Source of the DNA: Candidatus Rokuibacteriota bacterium
GTDB taxonomy: Bacteria > Methylomirabilota > Methylomirabilia > Rokubacteriales > CSP1-6
Assembly (NCBI GenBank): GCA_016179875.1
Contig: JACPCH010000020.1
Span: 1 to 52,090 of the forward strand
DNA: 52,090 nt
Direction: 5' to 3'
Shown one piece after another: positions 37,224 through 45,533 of the stretch. The translations under genes were made by a program, and so were the position numbers. The notes under the pieces were generated by a model. The model was not told the origin of the DNA. It was given only the letters and a program-made list of their open reading frames with translations, and searched no databases. Numbering within the stretch: the stretch's first letter is position 1; the number at the start of each line of letters is the position of its first letter.

Positions 37224-37639
37224 GAACGCTGCTCCGGTTCTTCGGCCTCGCCGACGCGGAGGCGCCGCCCGAGAGCGAGGCGCCCGTGCCCGACGCCGCG
37301 ACGGTGATCGGCCCCGGCGTCACGCTCAAGGGCGAGCTCCAGGGTGAGGGCCCGCTCACCATGCTCGGCCGCTTCGAGGGCGACATCGTCCTGAACGGCG
37401 ACATCCACGTCGGGCCCGACGCGCACGTGGACGCCAACGTCAGCGCGCGCAAGATCACGATCGCGGGCGTCGTGCGCGGCAACCTGTCGGCCGACACGCG
37501 TGTCGAGATCCTGTCGAGCGGCTCGCTCACCGGCACCGTCAAGAGCGGGAGCTTCGCCGCCGCCGACGGCGCGACGGTGAAGGGGGAGATCTGGGTCGAG
37601 CGCTCGACGCCGGCCGCCGCCCCCGGACGGACGCCGTGA
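37220..37639 (+). CDS. Bactofilin (polymer-forming cytoskeletal protein, DUF583)
   Basis: 139 aa. Beta-helix repeats IGPGVTLKGELQGEGPLTMLGRFEGDIVLNGDIHVGPDAHVDANVSARKITIAGVVRGNLSADTRVEILSSGSLTGTVKSGSFAAADGATVKGEI. Confidence 0.85.
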   Translation: MRTLLRFFGLADAEAPPESEAPVPDAATVIGPGVTLKGELQGEGPLTMLGRFEGDIVLNGDIHVGPDAHVDANVSARKITIAGVVRGNLSADTRVEILSSGSLTGTVKSGSFAAADGATVKGEIWVERSTPAAAPGRTP

Positions 37640-38271
37640 GGCTCCCGCCGCTCCCACCGCTGCCGTCGCGGCGGACGCTGCTCGTCGTCGCCGTCGCCGT
37701 CGTGGCCGTGGCCCTCGCGGGCGCCGGGGCCTGGGCCTGGTGGGCGGCCGCCGCGCGCGAGGCGGATGCGGCCTACGCCGCGCTGGGCGTGCGGATCCGC
37801 GCCGCCGAGGCCCCCGACGCGGCCGCCGACGTCCGCGCCCTGGCCATCCGCGAGGTCGAGGCGGTGCTGGCGCGCCATCCGTCGGCGGCCGGCGCCGCGC
37901 TCGCCGCCTACCAGCTCGGCAACCTCCGCGCCGCCGCCGGCGAGCCCGCGGCGGCTCGCGGCGCCTACGAGATCGCGCGGGCCAAGGCCGGCTCGCGGAC
38001 CCTCCGGGCCCTCGCGCAGGCGTCCATCGCGTACACCTGGGAGGCCGAGAAGAAGTACGACCAGGCCGCCAGCGCGCTCCAGCAGGCGCTGGGCGGCGCC
38101 GGGCCCAAGGATTTCCTCTACGAGCAGCTCCTGACGAGCCTCGGGCGGATCCAGGAGCTGAGCGGCCAGAAGGCCGAGGCGATCAGGACCTACCAGCGGG
38201 TGCTGGCCGAGGTGCCGCAGACGCGGCGCGGCGAGGAGATCCGGGCCCGCCTCCTGGCCCTCAGAAGCTGA
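37636..38271 (+). CDS. Membrane-anchored TPR-like (YfgM-like) protein
   Basis: 211 aa. GTGA overlap with bactofilin. N-terminal TM segment LLVVAVAVVAVALAGAGAWAWW followed by Ala-rich helical repeats (...AIRTYQRVLAEVPQT...). Confidence 0.55.
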   Translation: MRLPPLPPLPSRRTLLVVAVAVVAVALAGAGAWAWWAAAAREADAAYAALGVRIRAAEAPDAAADVRALAIREVEAVLARHPSAAGAALAAYQLGNLRAAAGEPAAARGAYEIARAKAGSRTLRALAQASIAYTWEAEKKYDQAASALQQALGGAGPKDFLYEQLLTSLGRIQELSGQKAEAIRTYQRVLAEVPQTRRGEEIRARLLALRS

Positions 38272-38296
38272 TTCCGATAAGAGGGATTATGTCAAC

Positions 38297-39118
38297 TTAG
38301 CCCGGGATCTGGGCTTCCTCGGGCAGATCGGCCCAGCGAGGCTTCCACTCGGGGACCGCGAGGCCGACTCTCGCGCAGAGGCCCTTCACTTCCAGGGCAA
38401 AGGCCTGCCGGACCGCGTCGTTGTCACGGAGCTTGAGGCGAAGCTGCCGATATAGCTGATTCTTCGGCGATCCAGGCCGGCCGAAGATGTTCATCGTCCG
38501 GATGTACCATTTGGCGAACGCGACCTGGGCTTCACCGCGGGTGGTGGGATCCAGGGCGAGCTTCTTCACCCAGTGCTCGCCGTGGCGGATATGGAAGGTC
38601 TCCTCCTTGAAGATCCCCTCGATCGCGCGCGCCCAGGGGCCGTAGGAGCAGGCGCGGACGTCCTCGAGCTGGTGGCCGGCGCCGCGGTCCATGCAGAAGT
38701 TGAAGAACACGAAATCGGCCCAGGTCTCGATCGGGTAGTAGAAGATGTTCACTCGCTTGTCGCTCGTGATCCGCGCGGTCCCGATGTCCGCGTCCGACGC
38801 GATCCGCATCGTGAAGGCCTCGTCGTGGCGCTTGACGTGCGCCTCCACGTCGACCCCCAGGTCCGCCAGCAGGCCGTACATCACCGCGGCGTGGCGCAGC
38901 TCGTCCTTCACGATCTGGGCGACGACGTGCTTCTCCTCGACGCCGGGCGCCTTCATGATCCACGGCACGTAGCCGTAGCCGCCGGCCAGCTCGGAATCGG
39001 CCTGCATGGTCATGAGGTGGACGAGGTTCTCGCGGTACGTCGGCGTCATCTCGTCGGGCGACTCGAGCCACACGCCGCGCTCGATCTTTGCCGCCATCTC
39101 CCGGGCCAGGTCGCTCAT
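38297..39118 (-). CDS. PaaA/PaaC-family ferritin-like diiron oxygenase subunit homologue
   Basis: ATG at 39118 after GGAGGA. YRENLVHLMTMQADSELAG, diiron EXXH motifs KDELRH and KEETFH, SYGPWARA. Aligns by eye with E. coli PaaA. GC is visibly lower than in the neighbours. The upstream part of ORF 38297..39328 was rejected. Confidence 0.7.
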   Translation of the reverse strand: MSDLAREMAAKIERGVWLESPDEMTPTYRENLVHLMTMQADSELAGGYGYVPWIMKAPGVEEKHVVAQIVKDELRHAAVMYGLLADLGVDVEAHVKRHDEAFTMRIASDADIGTARITSDKRVNIFYYPIETWADFVFFNFCMDRGAGHQLEDVRACSYGPWARAIEGIFKEETFHIRHGEHWVKKLALDPTTRGEAQVAFAKWYIRTMNIFGRPGSPKNQLYRQLRLKLRDNDAVRQAFALEVKGLCARVGLAVPEWKPRWADLPEEAQIPG

Positions 39119-39143
39119 GTGGGCTCCTCCAGTCTCGAAAAAC

Positions 39144-39710
39144 TCACGCGCCCAGGCCGTGCTCGCGGCGGAGCCGCTCGATCTCCTCGCGGATGAGGCG
39201 CTCGGCGATCGGCGGCACCACCTCGCGCGCGACCGCGCGCACGGCCGCCTCCACGGCGGCCCGCACCTCCGCGTCGAGCACCGGCGCCACGGCGCGGCGC
39301 ACGGCGGCGTCGCGCTCGGCGCCGCCATCCGCCGCCACGGGCCCGAGGACCCGCTCGAGCGCGGCGAGGAGCGCCGCGTCGGTCAGGCGCTCGAGCTCCA
39401 CGGCGCCGTCGGCGGCGACGCCGGGCGGCTTGCCCTGGTTGCGGTGCAGCACGAGGAGCACGGGCAGGTCGCGGTAGCGCGTGGCGGCCTTGAGCGTCCG
39501 GACGACGTCGGCGCCCGAGACGCCGGCGCCCGGCAGGGCCGGGTCGATCAGGAGGATCTGCACCGCGTGGTCGCGGACGGCCCGGAGGACGTCCCCGCTC
39601 GAGGCGACGGTGACGACTTTCCAGCCGGCGCGGCGCAGCGGCGGTTCGAGGACGTCGCGGCCGGCGGCCGTGGCGTCGGCGATGAGCACCCGCCGGGCCG
39701 GCAGGCTCAC
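39144..39710 (-). CDS. Response-regulator receiver (REC) domain protein with non-DNA-binding C-terminal helix
   Basis: 188 aa. RVLIADATAAG..., ILLIDPALPG (phospho-acceptor Asp context), and KP. C-terminal amphipathic motif VVPPIAERLIREEIERLRRE. No HTH recognised. Confidence 0.65.
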   Translation of the reverse strand: MSLPARRVLIADATAAGRDVLEPPLRRAGWKVVTVASSGDVLRAVRDHAVQILLIDPALPGAGVSGADVVRTLKAATRYRDLPVLLVLHRNQGKPPGVAADGAVELERLTDAALLAALERVLGPVAADGGAERDAAVRRAVAPVLDAEVRAAVEAAVRAVAREVVPPIAERLIREEIERLRREHGLGA

Positions 39711-39750
39711 GAGGCGGGCCGTGCGCGCACCGGGCCCCGGCGGGGCGGCG

Positions 39751-40905
39751 TCATGCCCGGCGGACGCGCGCCGCCGCCTCGGCGTAGGCGGCGAGGGTGC
39801 GCGCGATCTGCAGGCCGACGCCGAATTCGCGCTCGGCGACCTCCCGGGCGCGTGCGCCCAGCGCGTGACGCCGGGCGCCGTCGAGCAGAATGCCGATCGC
39901 CGCGTCGGCGAGCGCGCTCGGGTCGGCCTTGGTCAGGAGGCCGGTCTCGCCGTCGCGGACGACCTCCGCGCAGCCCGGGCCCAGCCCCGCGACCGCCGGC
40001 ACCCCGCAGGCCGCCGCCTCGGCCAGCACGAGCCCCTGGGTCTCGGTCTCCGAGGCGAAGAGGAAGAGGTCGGCGGCCTGGTAGCACACGGCGAGCGTGT
40101 CGTGGGCCCGCGCGCCGAGGAAGCGGATGCGCTCGCGGGCCGGCAGGGCGCGCGCCAGCCGCATGAGCCGCGCCGCCTGGGTCCCCTGCCCGACCAGGCA
40201 GAGCCGGGCCGCCGGGAGCGTGGCCGCGATGCGGTCGAAGGCGAGCAGCACCCGCTCGACGCTCTTCTCGCGATCGAGCCGGCCGACGTAGAGCACCAGC
40301 GGGTCGTGGGGCGGCAGCCCGAGGCTCTCGCGCGCCGGCGCCGCGGCGCCGGGGCGGAACCGCTCCAGGTCCACGCCGGTCGGCACCACGCGGATCGGGG
40401 CGGTCACGCCGCGCGCGCGCAGCTCCTCGGCGAGGACCGCCGACGGCGCGAGCACCGCGTCGGCCCGCGCGGCGAAGCGGGTGCTGAGCCGGACCGCCGC
40501 GGCCTCCACCAGCGACCGCTTGAGCGGCACGTAGTGGGCGTACTTCTCGTAGCGCGTGTGGTAGGTGAACAGGAGCGGCCGCCGGTGCCGCCGGGCGAAG
40601 CGGCGCGCGGCCGGGCCGAGCAGGAACGGGTGGTGGGCGTGGAACACGTCGAAGTCGAGCGCGGCCACCCGGCGGGCGATCGCGGGCGCCCACGGCACCG
40701 CCAGCGCGAACTCCGGATAGGTGGCGGCGGGCACCGAGGGGTACCGCACCACCCGGGGCGCCGTCTCGGCGGCGCCGGCGAAGCGCGGGGCGAACACCCA
40801 CACCTCGTGGCCCTCGGCCTCGAGGCCCCGGCGCAGGGTCTCGACGGAGACGGTGACGCCGCCGCAGAACGGCAGGTAGTTGTTCGTGAAGAGCGCGACG
40901 CGCAC
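39751..40905 (-). CDS. Glycosyltransferase family 4 (MGS/SqdX-like glycolipid synthase type)
   Basis: GTG at 40905 (VRVALFTNNYLPFCGGVTVSVETL). EX7E region ASETETQGLVLAEAAACGVPAV. The ORF-track start at 40968 would overlap the upstream gene. Confidence 0.7.
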   Translation of the reverse strand: MRVALFTNNYLPFCGGVTVSVETLRRGLEAEGHEVWVFAPRFAGAAETAPRVVRYPSVPAATYPEFALAVPWAPAIARRVAALDFDVFHAHHPFLLGPAARRFARRHRRPLLFTYHTRYEKYAHYVPLKRSLVEAAAVRLSTRFAARADAVLAPSAVLAEELRARGVTAPIRVVPTGVDLERFRPGAAAPARESLGLPPHDPLVLYVGRLDREKSVERVLLAFDRIAATLPAARLCLVGQGTQAARLMRLARALPARERIRFLGARAHDTLAVCYQAADLFLFASETETQGLVLAEAAACGVPAVAGLGPGCAEVVRDGETGLLTKADPSALADAAIGILLDGARRHALGARAREVAEREFGVGLQIARTLAAYAEAAARVRRA

Positions 40906-40916
40906 CCGGAACCCCG

Positions 40917-41420
40917 CTAGGCCTTGTTGAACTTCTCGAAATCCTCCGGCTTGATGTTCTGCAACCACTCCCGGAGTTGGTCCGGATCGTCGGCCTTCAC
41001 GGGCTCGGCCTCCTTGGTCACCTCGAGGCTCTTGGCCTTGCGCACCACGTCCTCGTCCACGTAGATCGGCGCGCCGACCCGGAGGGCCAGCGCGATCGCG
41101 TCGGAGGGCCGCGAGTCCACCGTGTACTCGGTCTCGCCGACCTGGAGGTGGAGCACGGCGAAGAAGGTGTTCTCCTTCAGATCGGTCACCACGATCTTGA
41201 CCACCCGCGCCTCGATCGTCTCGAGGATGTTCTTGATGAGGTCGTGCGTCATCGGGCGCGGCGGCGCGACCTTCTCCAGCTCGAGCGCGATCGCGTTGGC
41301 CTCGAAGATGCCGACCCAGATCTGGAGCGAGCGCCGGTCCTCCTCGTCGCGGAGGATGATGATCGGCATGTTGGACACCGCGTCCAGCGCGAGCCCGCGC
41401 ACCTTCATCTCGACAAACAT
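40917..41420 (-). CDS. Bifunctional nuclease family protein (DUF151/BFN domain)
   Basis: 167 aa. VSNMPIIILRDEEDRRSLQIWVGIFEANAIALEL, RPMTHDL, and DSRPSDAIALALRVGAPIYV. Confidence 0.8.
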   Translation of the reverse strand: MFVEMKVRGLALDAVSNMPIIILRDEEDRRSLQIWVGIFEANAIALELEKVAPPRPMTHDLIKNILETIEARVVKIVVTDLKENTFFAVLHLQVGETEYTVDSRPSDAIALALRVGAPIYVDEDVVRKAKSLEVTKEAEPVKADDPDQLREWLQNIKPEDFEKFNKA

Positions 41421-42745
41421 TCGGCCTCCTCCGGTTGCCCGGCGAGCGCGCCGCGCAGGCTGTGCGGGAGCACGTCGGTGACGCTCACCAGTACCAGGTC
41501 GCCGACGGCCACCCGGCCCCGCCCGTCGAAGTTGACGACGCGGTTGCAGCGGGTGCGGCCGGCGAGCTCCCCCGCGCTCCTCTTCGAGACGCCGTCCACG
41601 AGCACCTCGACGGTGCGACCGAGCAGCGCGACGGCCCGAGCCGCGGCGGCGCGCCCGGCGGCCTCCAGGAGCCGCGTGTTGCGGCCGGCCTTGACGACCT
41701 CCGGCACCTGGTCGGGCATGTCCGCCGCCGGGGTGCCGGGCCGGCGCGAGTAGCGGAAGGCGAAGACGTTGTCGTAGCCGACCCGGTCCACCAGCTCGAG
41801 GGTCTGGGCGAAGTCCTCCTCGGTCTCGCCCGGGAAGCCGACGATCACGTCCGTCGAGAACGCCATCTCGGGCACGGCGTCCCGGAGCGCCGCCACCAGG
41901 TCGAGGTAGCGCTCACGCGTGTAGCCCCGGTGCATCCGCTCGAGGATCCGGTTCGAGCCCGACTGGAGCGGCAGGTGGAACCACTCGCACACCTTCGGCA
42001 CGTCGCGCATGGCGCGGATCAGCGTCGGCGTCAGGTTGTACGGGTTCGAGGTCGTGAAGCGGATGCGCTCGATCCCGGCGACGTCGTTCACCCGGGCGAA
42101 CAGCTCCGCCAGGTCGGTGGGCGGCGTGAGGTCGCGGCCGTAGGCGTTCACCGTCTGCCCGAGCAGCGTGACCTCGCGGCAGCCGTCGGCGGCGAGGCGC
42201 CGCACCTCGGCGACGATCGCCTCGGGCGGGTGGCTCCGCTCGCGGCCGCGCGTGCGCGGCACGACGCAGAAGGTGCAGTGCTTCTCGCAGCCCTCCATGA
42301 CGGTGACGAAGGCCCGGAGCCGGCCCGGCCGCGGGCGTGCGGCGATGGAGACGAGCGGCCCCTCGCCCGTCTCGAGGACGGGCCGCCGCTCGCGGCGCAC
42401 GCGCTCGACGAGGTCGGCGACGCGGGCGAGGGCGGGCGAGCCGACGACGAGATCCACCTGCGGCGCCCGCGCACGGATCGCGCCCTGGTGGAGCTGCGCC
42501 ATGCAGCCCATCACGCCGATCACCAGGCCGGGGTTCGCGGCCTTGAGGTGGCGCAGCTCGCCGAGCTTGGAGAAGACCTTCTCCTCGGCCTTCTCGCGGA
42601 TCGCGCACGTGTTGAGGAGGATCAGGTCGGCCTGGGTCTCATCCTCGGTGAGCTCGTAGCGCTGGTCTCGGAGCAGGCCGGCGACGCGCTCCGAGTCGTA
42701 CTCGTTCATCTGGCAGCCGTACGTGATCAAGTGGAGTCTCGCCAT
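41405..42745 (-). CDS. miaB: tRNA-2-methylthio-N6-dimethylallyladenosine synthase
   Basis: 446 aa. MARLHLITYGCQMNEYDSE (UPF0004 domain), radical-SAM CEKHCTFC, and a TRAM domain at the C-terminus. Confidence 0.93.
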   Translation of the reverse strand: MARLHLITYGCQMNEYDSERVAGLLRDQRYELTEDETQADLILLNTCAIREKAEEKVFSKLGELRHLKAANPGLVIGVMGCMAQLHQGAIRARAPQVDLVVGSPALARVADLVERVRRERRPVLETGEGPLVSIAARPRPGRLRAFVTVMEGCEKHCTFCVVPRTRGRERSHPPEAIVAEVRRLAADGCREVTLLGQTVNAYGRDLTPPTDLAELFARVNDVAGIERIRFTTSNPYNLTPTLIRAMRDVPKVCEWFHLPLQSGSNRILERMHRGYTRERYLDLVAALRDAVPEMAFSTDVIVGFPGETEEDFAQTLELVDRVGYDNVFAFRYSRRPGTPAADMPDQVPEVVKAGRNTRLLEAAGRAAAARAVALLGRTVEVLVDGVSKRSAGELAGRTRCNRVVNFDGRGRVAVGDLVLVSVTDVLPHSLRGALAGQPEEAECLSR

Positions 42746-42781
42746 TGTTTGTCCGAAAAATCCAGTGCTTGCGTTGCAACG

Positions 42782-42810
42782 ACCGTAGCACCGGGACCGC
42801 GCGAAGTCAA
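42782..42810 (-). promoter_or_regulatory. Putative promoter of the miaB operon
   Basis: On the - strand: TTGACT (42810-42805), 17-nt spacer, TACGGT (42787-42782), about 37 nt upstream of the miaB ATG. Confidence 0.35.
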
Positions 42811-42896
42811 TTTGGGCGACCGACGCGGCGACGACGCCGGTCGCGGGCGGTTCGGAGACGTGACCGGCGGGGCGCGCGGCGTCCCGGTGGGGGGTG

Positions 42897-42924
42897 TCGG
42901 GGGGAGCGGCGCCGCTCCCCCCGA
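42897..42924 (-). terminator. 28-nt perfect palindrome / hairpin downstream of the FBP aldolase/phosphatase gene
   Basis: TCGGGGGGAGCGGC|GCCGCTCCCCCCGA is a 14+14 perfect inverted repeat, 12 nt after the stop codon at 42936. No U-tract follows. Confidence 0.5.
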
Positions 42925-42935
42925 CATTGAATTAA

Positions 42936-44447
42936 TCAGTCGATCTCGCCAGGGCGTCCGCCGCGGCGCCCGGCTCCCGCTTTCGCGCCGCCCTTGCCGC
43001 CGTTGGCGCCGTCGCCGTTGCCGCCGAACGTGAGCGGCGGCTTCAGCTCGAACTGCCGCTCGAGGCGGGTGCGCCGCTCCTTCCACCCCTCCTGGTACTC
43101 CAGCTCGTCCTCGTGGAGGGTGGCGGGCTGCCTGATGCCGTGCGCCATGCGGAACTGGATGGCGAGCTCCGAGGCGCGGCGCCGCACCTCGTCCCACGGC
43201 GTGCCGAGCGCGAACTGGTCGGAGATCGCGCCGATCCGGCCCGTGTGGATGTTGCACGAGAGCGTGATCGCCGACAGGATCGGCCCCGACCAGTACGAGG
43301 TCTGGGAGTTGATCGGCATCGGCAGGATGTGCAGGTTGTGGCTGCCCCGGCAGTCGCCGGCGACCATCGGGCAGGCGGCCCACGGCGAGGTCATCTCGCC
43401 GGGCGCCGGCCAGTCGCCCTGGGCGAACGCCAGCAGCACCGGGTCGTCCTTGCCGCCGTAGCTGAAGCCCTTCTTGGTCTTGATGTTGTGCAGGCGCTCG
43501 GCCGAGCAGACGTAGCCGAGCTGGTCGCGCTCGCCCTTGTCGCCGCGGCTCCAGATGCGCGCGATGACGAAGCGCGAGGACCGGCAGAGCCCCTCGATGT
43601 CGTAGAGGTCCTCGGGCGCCCGCAGCGTGATCACCTTCTCCTGGAGCCCCTTGGCCAGCTCCTCCATCTTGCCGTCGAGCGCCCGCTGGTCGCGTGGGTG
43701 GGCGCCGGCCTCGATCGCCTGGGCCTTGGTGTCGAGGTCCACGATCTCCATGAGGTAGCCGCGCTTCATCTTCGACGCGGCGATCACCAGGCCGGTGTTG
43801 AAGCGCGGCAGGAGGTAGGCGCCGGTCGCGTAGTAGTTGAACGCCATCGGCTCGGTCTTGTCGGCGAACGAGACGAGGACGGTCTGCGAGGCGTTGTCCT
43901 TGCGGACGGGCAGCGGCAGGGCCACCGTGGCCGGGCCGGTGCCGCGCAGGTTGCCGGTGAAGGCGTCGGCGACCAGGTCCTGCCCGGGGCCGTAGAGCCC
44001 GAGCTCGGCGGCCTTGCGGGCGCCCTCGTGGAGGGCGTCCCACATGAGCTGGTCCACGAGCGACATGTCCACCGACTCGGCCACGATGCCGGTGACGGCC
44101 ACGTCGTCGCCGGTGTGGGTGACGATGAGCGACGTGAACATCGGCTCCTTGCCGCACCAGTTGTTCTCGAGGACGAACTTGGCGATGACCGACTTCACCT
44201 CGTCGGCCGCGACGACGTGCCCCCCGACCCCGCCCACGTCGGCCTTGGTGGCCTTGATGTAGCGCTGGACCAGGGCCGGGTTCTTCGCGAAGACGTAGGA
44301 CCGGTAGGAGAAGATGTTGGGTGTGCTGGTGACCGGGACCTTCTCCGCGAGCGTCCGGGGCAGGCCCTCGAGCTCGTCCCGGGACTCGTGGTACTCCGAC
44401 AGCTTGACCGGCTTCCCGTCCGGGAGCCCGTAGCGCTTCGCGGCCAT
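42936..44447 (-). CDS. Fructose-1,6-bisphosphate aldolase/phosphatase homologue (archaeal-type class V FBPase), long form
   Basis: 503 aa. ATG preceded by AAGGAGG. Aligns by eye to Sulfolobus FBPA/P: KADVGGVGGH, THTGDD, LGLYGPGQDL, FADKTEP, FSYGGKDDP (Tyr/Lys Schiff-base motif), CRGSH. Also carries a ~68-aa N-terminal extension, a ~27-aa insertion and a Gly-rich basic tail. Confidence 0.8.
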   Translation of the reverse strand: MAAKRYGLPDGKPVKLSEYHESRDELEGLPRTLAEKVPVTSTPNIFSYRSYVFAKNPALVQRYIKATKADVGGVGGHVVAADEVKSVIAKFVLENNWCGKEPMFTSLIVTHTGDDVAVTGIVAESVDMSLVDQLMWDALHEGARKAAELGLYGPGQDLVADAFTGNLRGTGPATVALPLPVRKDNASQTVLVSFADKTEPMAFNYYATGAYLLPRFNTGLVIAASKMKRGYLMEIVDLDTKAQAIEAGAHPRDQRALDGKMEELAKGLQEKVITLRAPEDLYDIEGLCRSSRFVIARIWSRGDKGERDQLGYVCSAERLHNIKTKKGFSYGGKDDPVLLAFAQGDWPAPGEMTSPWAACPMVAGDCRGSHNLHILPMPINSQTSYWSGPILSAITLSCNIHTGRIGAISDQFALGTPWDEVRRRASELAIQFRMAHGIRQPATLHEDELEYQEGWKERRTRLERQFELKPPLTFGGNGDGANGGKGGAKAGAGRRGGRPGEID

Positions 44448-44534
44448 GCACGCCTCCTTGCGGGGTCGGCTGGAATGGGGTGACGGCCCCAGGGTAATCG
44501 GGGTACACTCGGGCCGTCAAGCAAGAACTTCAAG

Positions 44535-45533
44535 ATGGTGAAATTAATTTCTCAGCCGGCGCGCGAGCTGCGGCAGATGGTCCGCTGCCTCGAGCTCTAC
44601 TACCGTCAGGGCCGGAGCCAGAAGGACATCGCCCGGGCGGTCGGGGTGTCGGCGGCGACGGTCTCGCGGCTCCTCAAGCGCGCGTTCGACGACGGCTTCG
44701 TGCGGGTCGAGCTGGATCTCCCCCGCCGCGAGGAGCTGGAGGCCGGCCTGATCGAGCGCTTCGGCCTGCGCGACGCGGTGGTGGTCGCGGCCGGCGGCCG
44801 CGGCGACCTCAAGGCCGAGCTCGGCGCCGCCGCGGCCCTGTACTTCGAGAAGATCGCCGCCCACGGGATGCGGGTCGGCCTGTCGTGCGGGTTCACGCTC
44901 TACGAGACCATCCGGCAGCTCCGCGAGCGGCGCTTCCGCGACCTGGCGCTCTACCCCCTCTCGGGCGAGAGCACGCTCAAGCTCGTGGACCTCTTCCCCA
45001 ACACCCTCGTCGGCATGATGGCGGCCAAGTACCGGCCCCACGTGACGGCCTACGCCCTGCCCGTCCAGCACCTGCTCTCGCTCCGCGAGATCGAGCGCGA
45101 GCGCCGGCGCCTCCTGCGCGATCCCGAGATCCGCATGATCTACGAGGCCGCCCAGGCGGTGGACATCGCCCTGGTCGGCATCGGGATGATCGGCGAGGAG
45201 ACGCCGGGCTTCTGCGCCCTGGCCGAGTCCTACGGCGTGAGCGTCAAGCGCCTCGGCCAGCTCGGGGTCGTCGGCGAGATCAACTACCAGCCGTTCGACG
45301 CGGCCGGCCGGATCGTGGACCGGCCCGAGCTGCGCGCCCTCGCGCGGCGGATCCTGTCCGTCGAGGGCGGCCGCCTGCAGGCCCTCTCGCGCCGGGCCGA
45401 CCGCCACGTGGTGGCGGTGGCCGGCGGGCGGGCCAAGCTCGACGCCGTGCGCGGCGCCCTCGCCGGGCGCTTCATGAACGTGCTGGTGACCGACGACGAC
45501 GTGGCGGCCGCGCTGCTGCGCGCCCGCGCCTAG
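44535..45533 (+). CDS. SorC/DeoR-family sugar-binding transcriptional regulator (CggR-like)
   Basis: 332 aa. N-terminal [33 protein letters not shown] followed by a SorC sugar-phosphate-binding domain (...VGIGMIGEE..., [11 protein letters not shown]). Divergent from the FBPA/P gene. Confidence 0.8.
   Translation: MVKLISQPARELRQMVRCLELYYRQGRSQKDIARAVGVSAATVSRLLKRAFDDGFVRVELDLPRREELEAGLIERFGLRDAVVVAAGGRGDLKAELGAAAALYFEKIAAHGMRVGLSCGFTLYETIRQLRERRFRDLALYPLSGESTLKLVDLFPNTLVGMMAAKYRPHVTAYALPVQHLLSLREIERERRRLLRDPEIRMIYEAAQAVDIALVGIGMIGEETPGFCALAESYGVSVKRLGQLGVVGEINYQPFDAAGRIVDRPELRALARRILSVEGGRLQALSRRADRHVVAVAGGRAKLDAVRGALAGRFMNVLVTDDDVAAALLRARA
44540..44551. promoter_or_regulatory. Perfect AT-rich palindrome GAAATTAATTTC (candidate operator)
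   Basis: 12-nt perfect palindrome covering the third base of codon 2 through codon 6 of the SorC-like gene, in the FBPA/P-sorC divergent region. An all-AT 10-mer core is very unusual at this GC content. Confidence 0.3.

Noticed and set aside
42727-44520. 597-aa - strand ORF overlapping the FBPA/P gene in another frame.
   Set aside because: Its composition is Arg/Gly/Pro-rich and motif-free. The 42936..44447 frame carries the conserved FBPA/P motifs and a strong RBS.
45530-45533. CTAG palindrome serving as the stop codon (TAG) for both convergent genes, the sorC-like gene (+) and accA (-).
   Set aside because: It is real in the sequence, but a 4-nt convergent overlap is a trivial consequence of tight packing. 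No regulatory significance can be argued.
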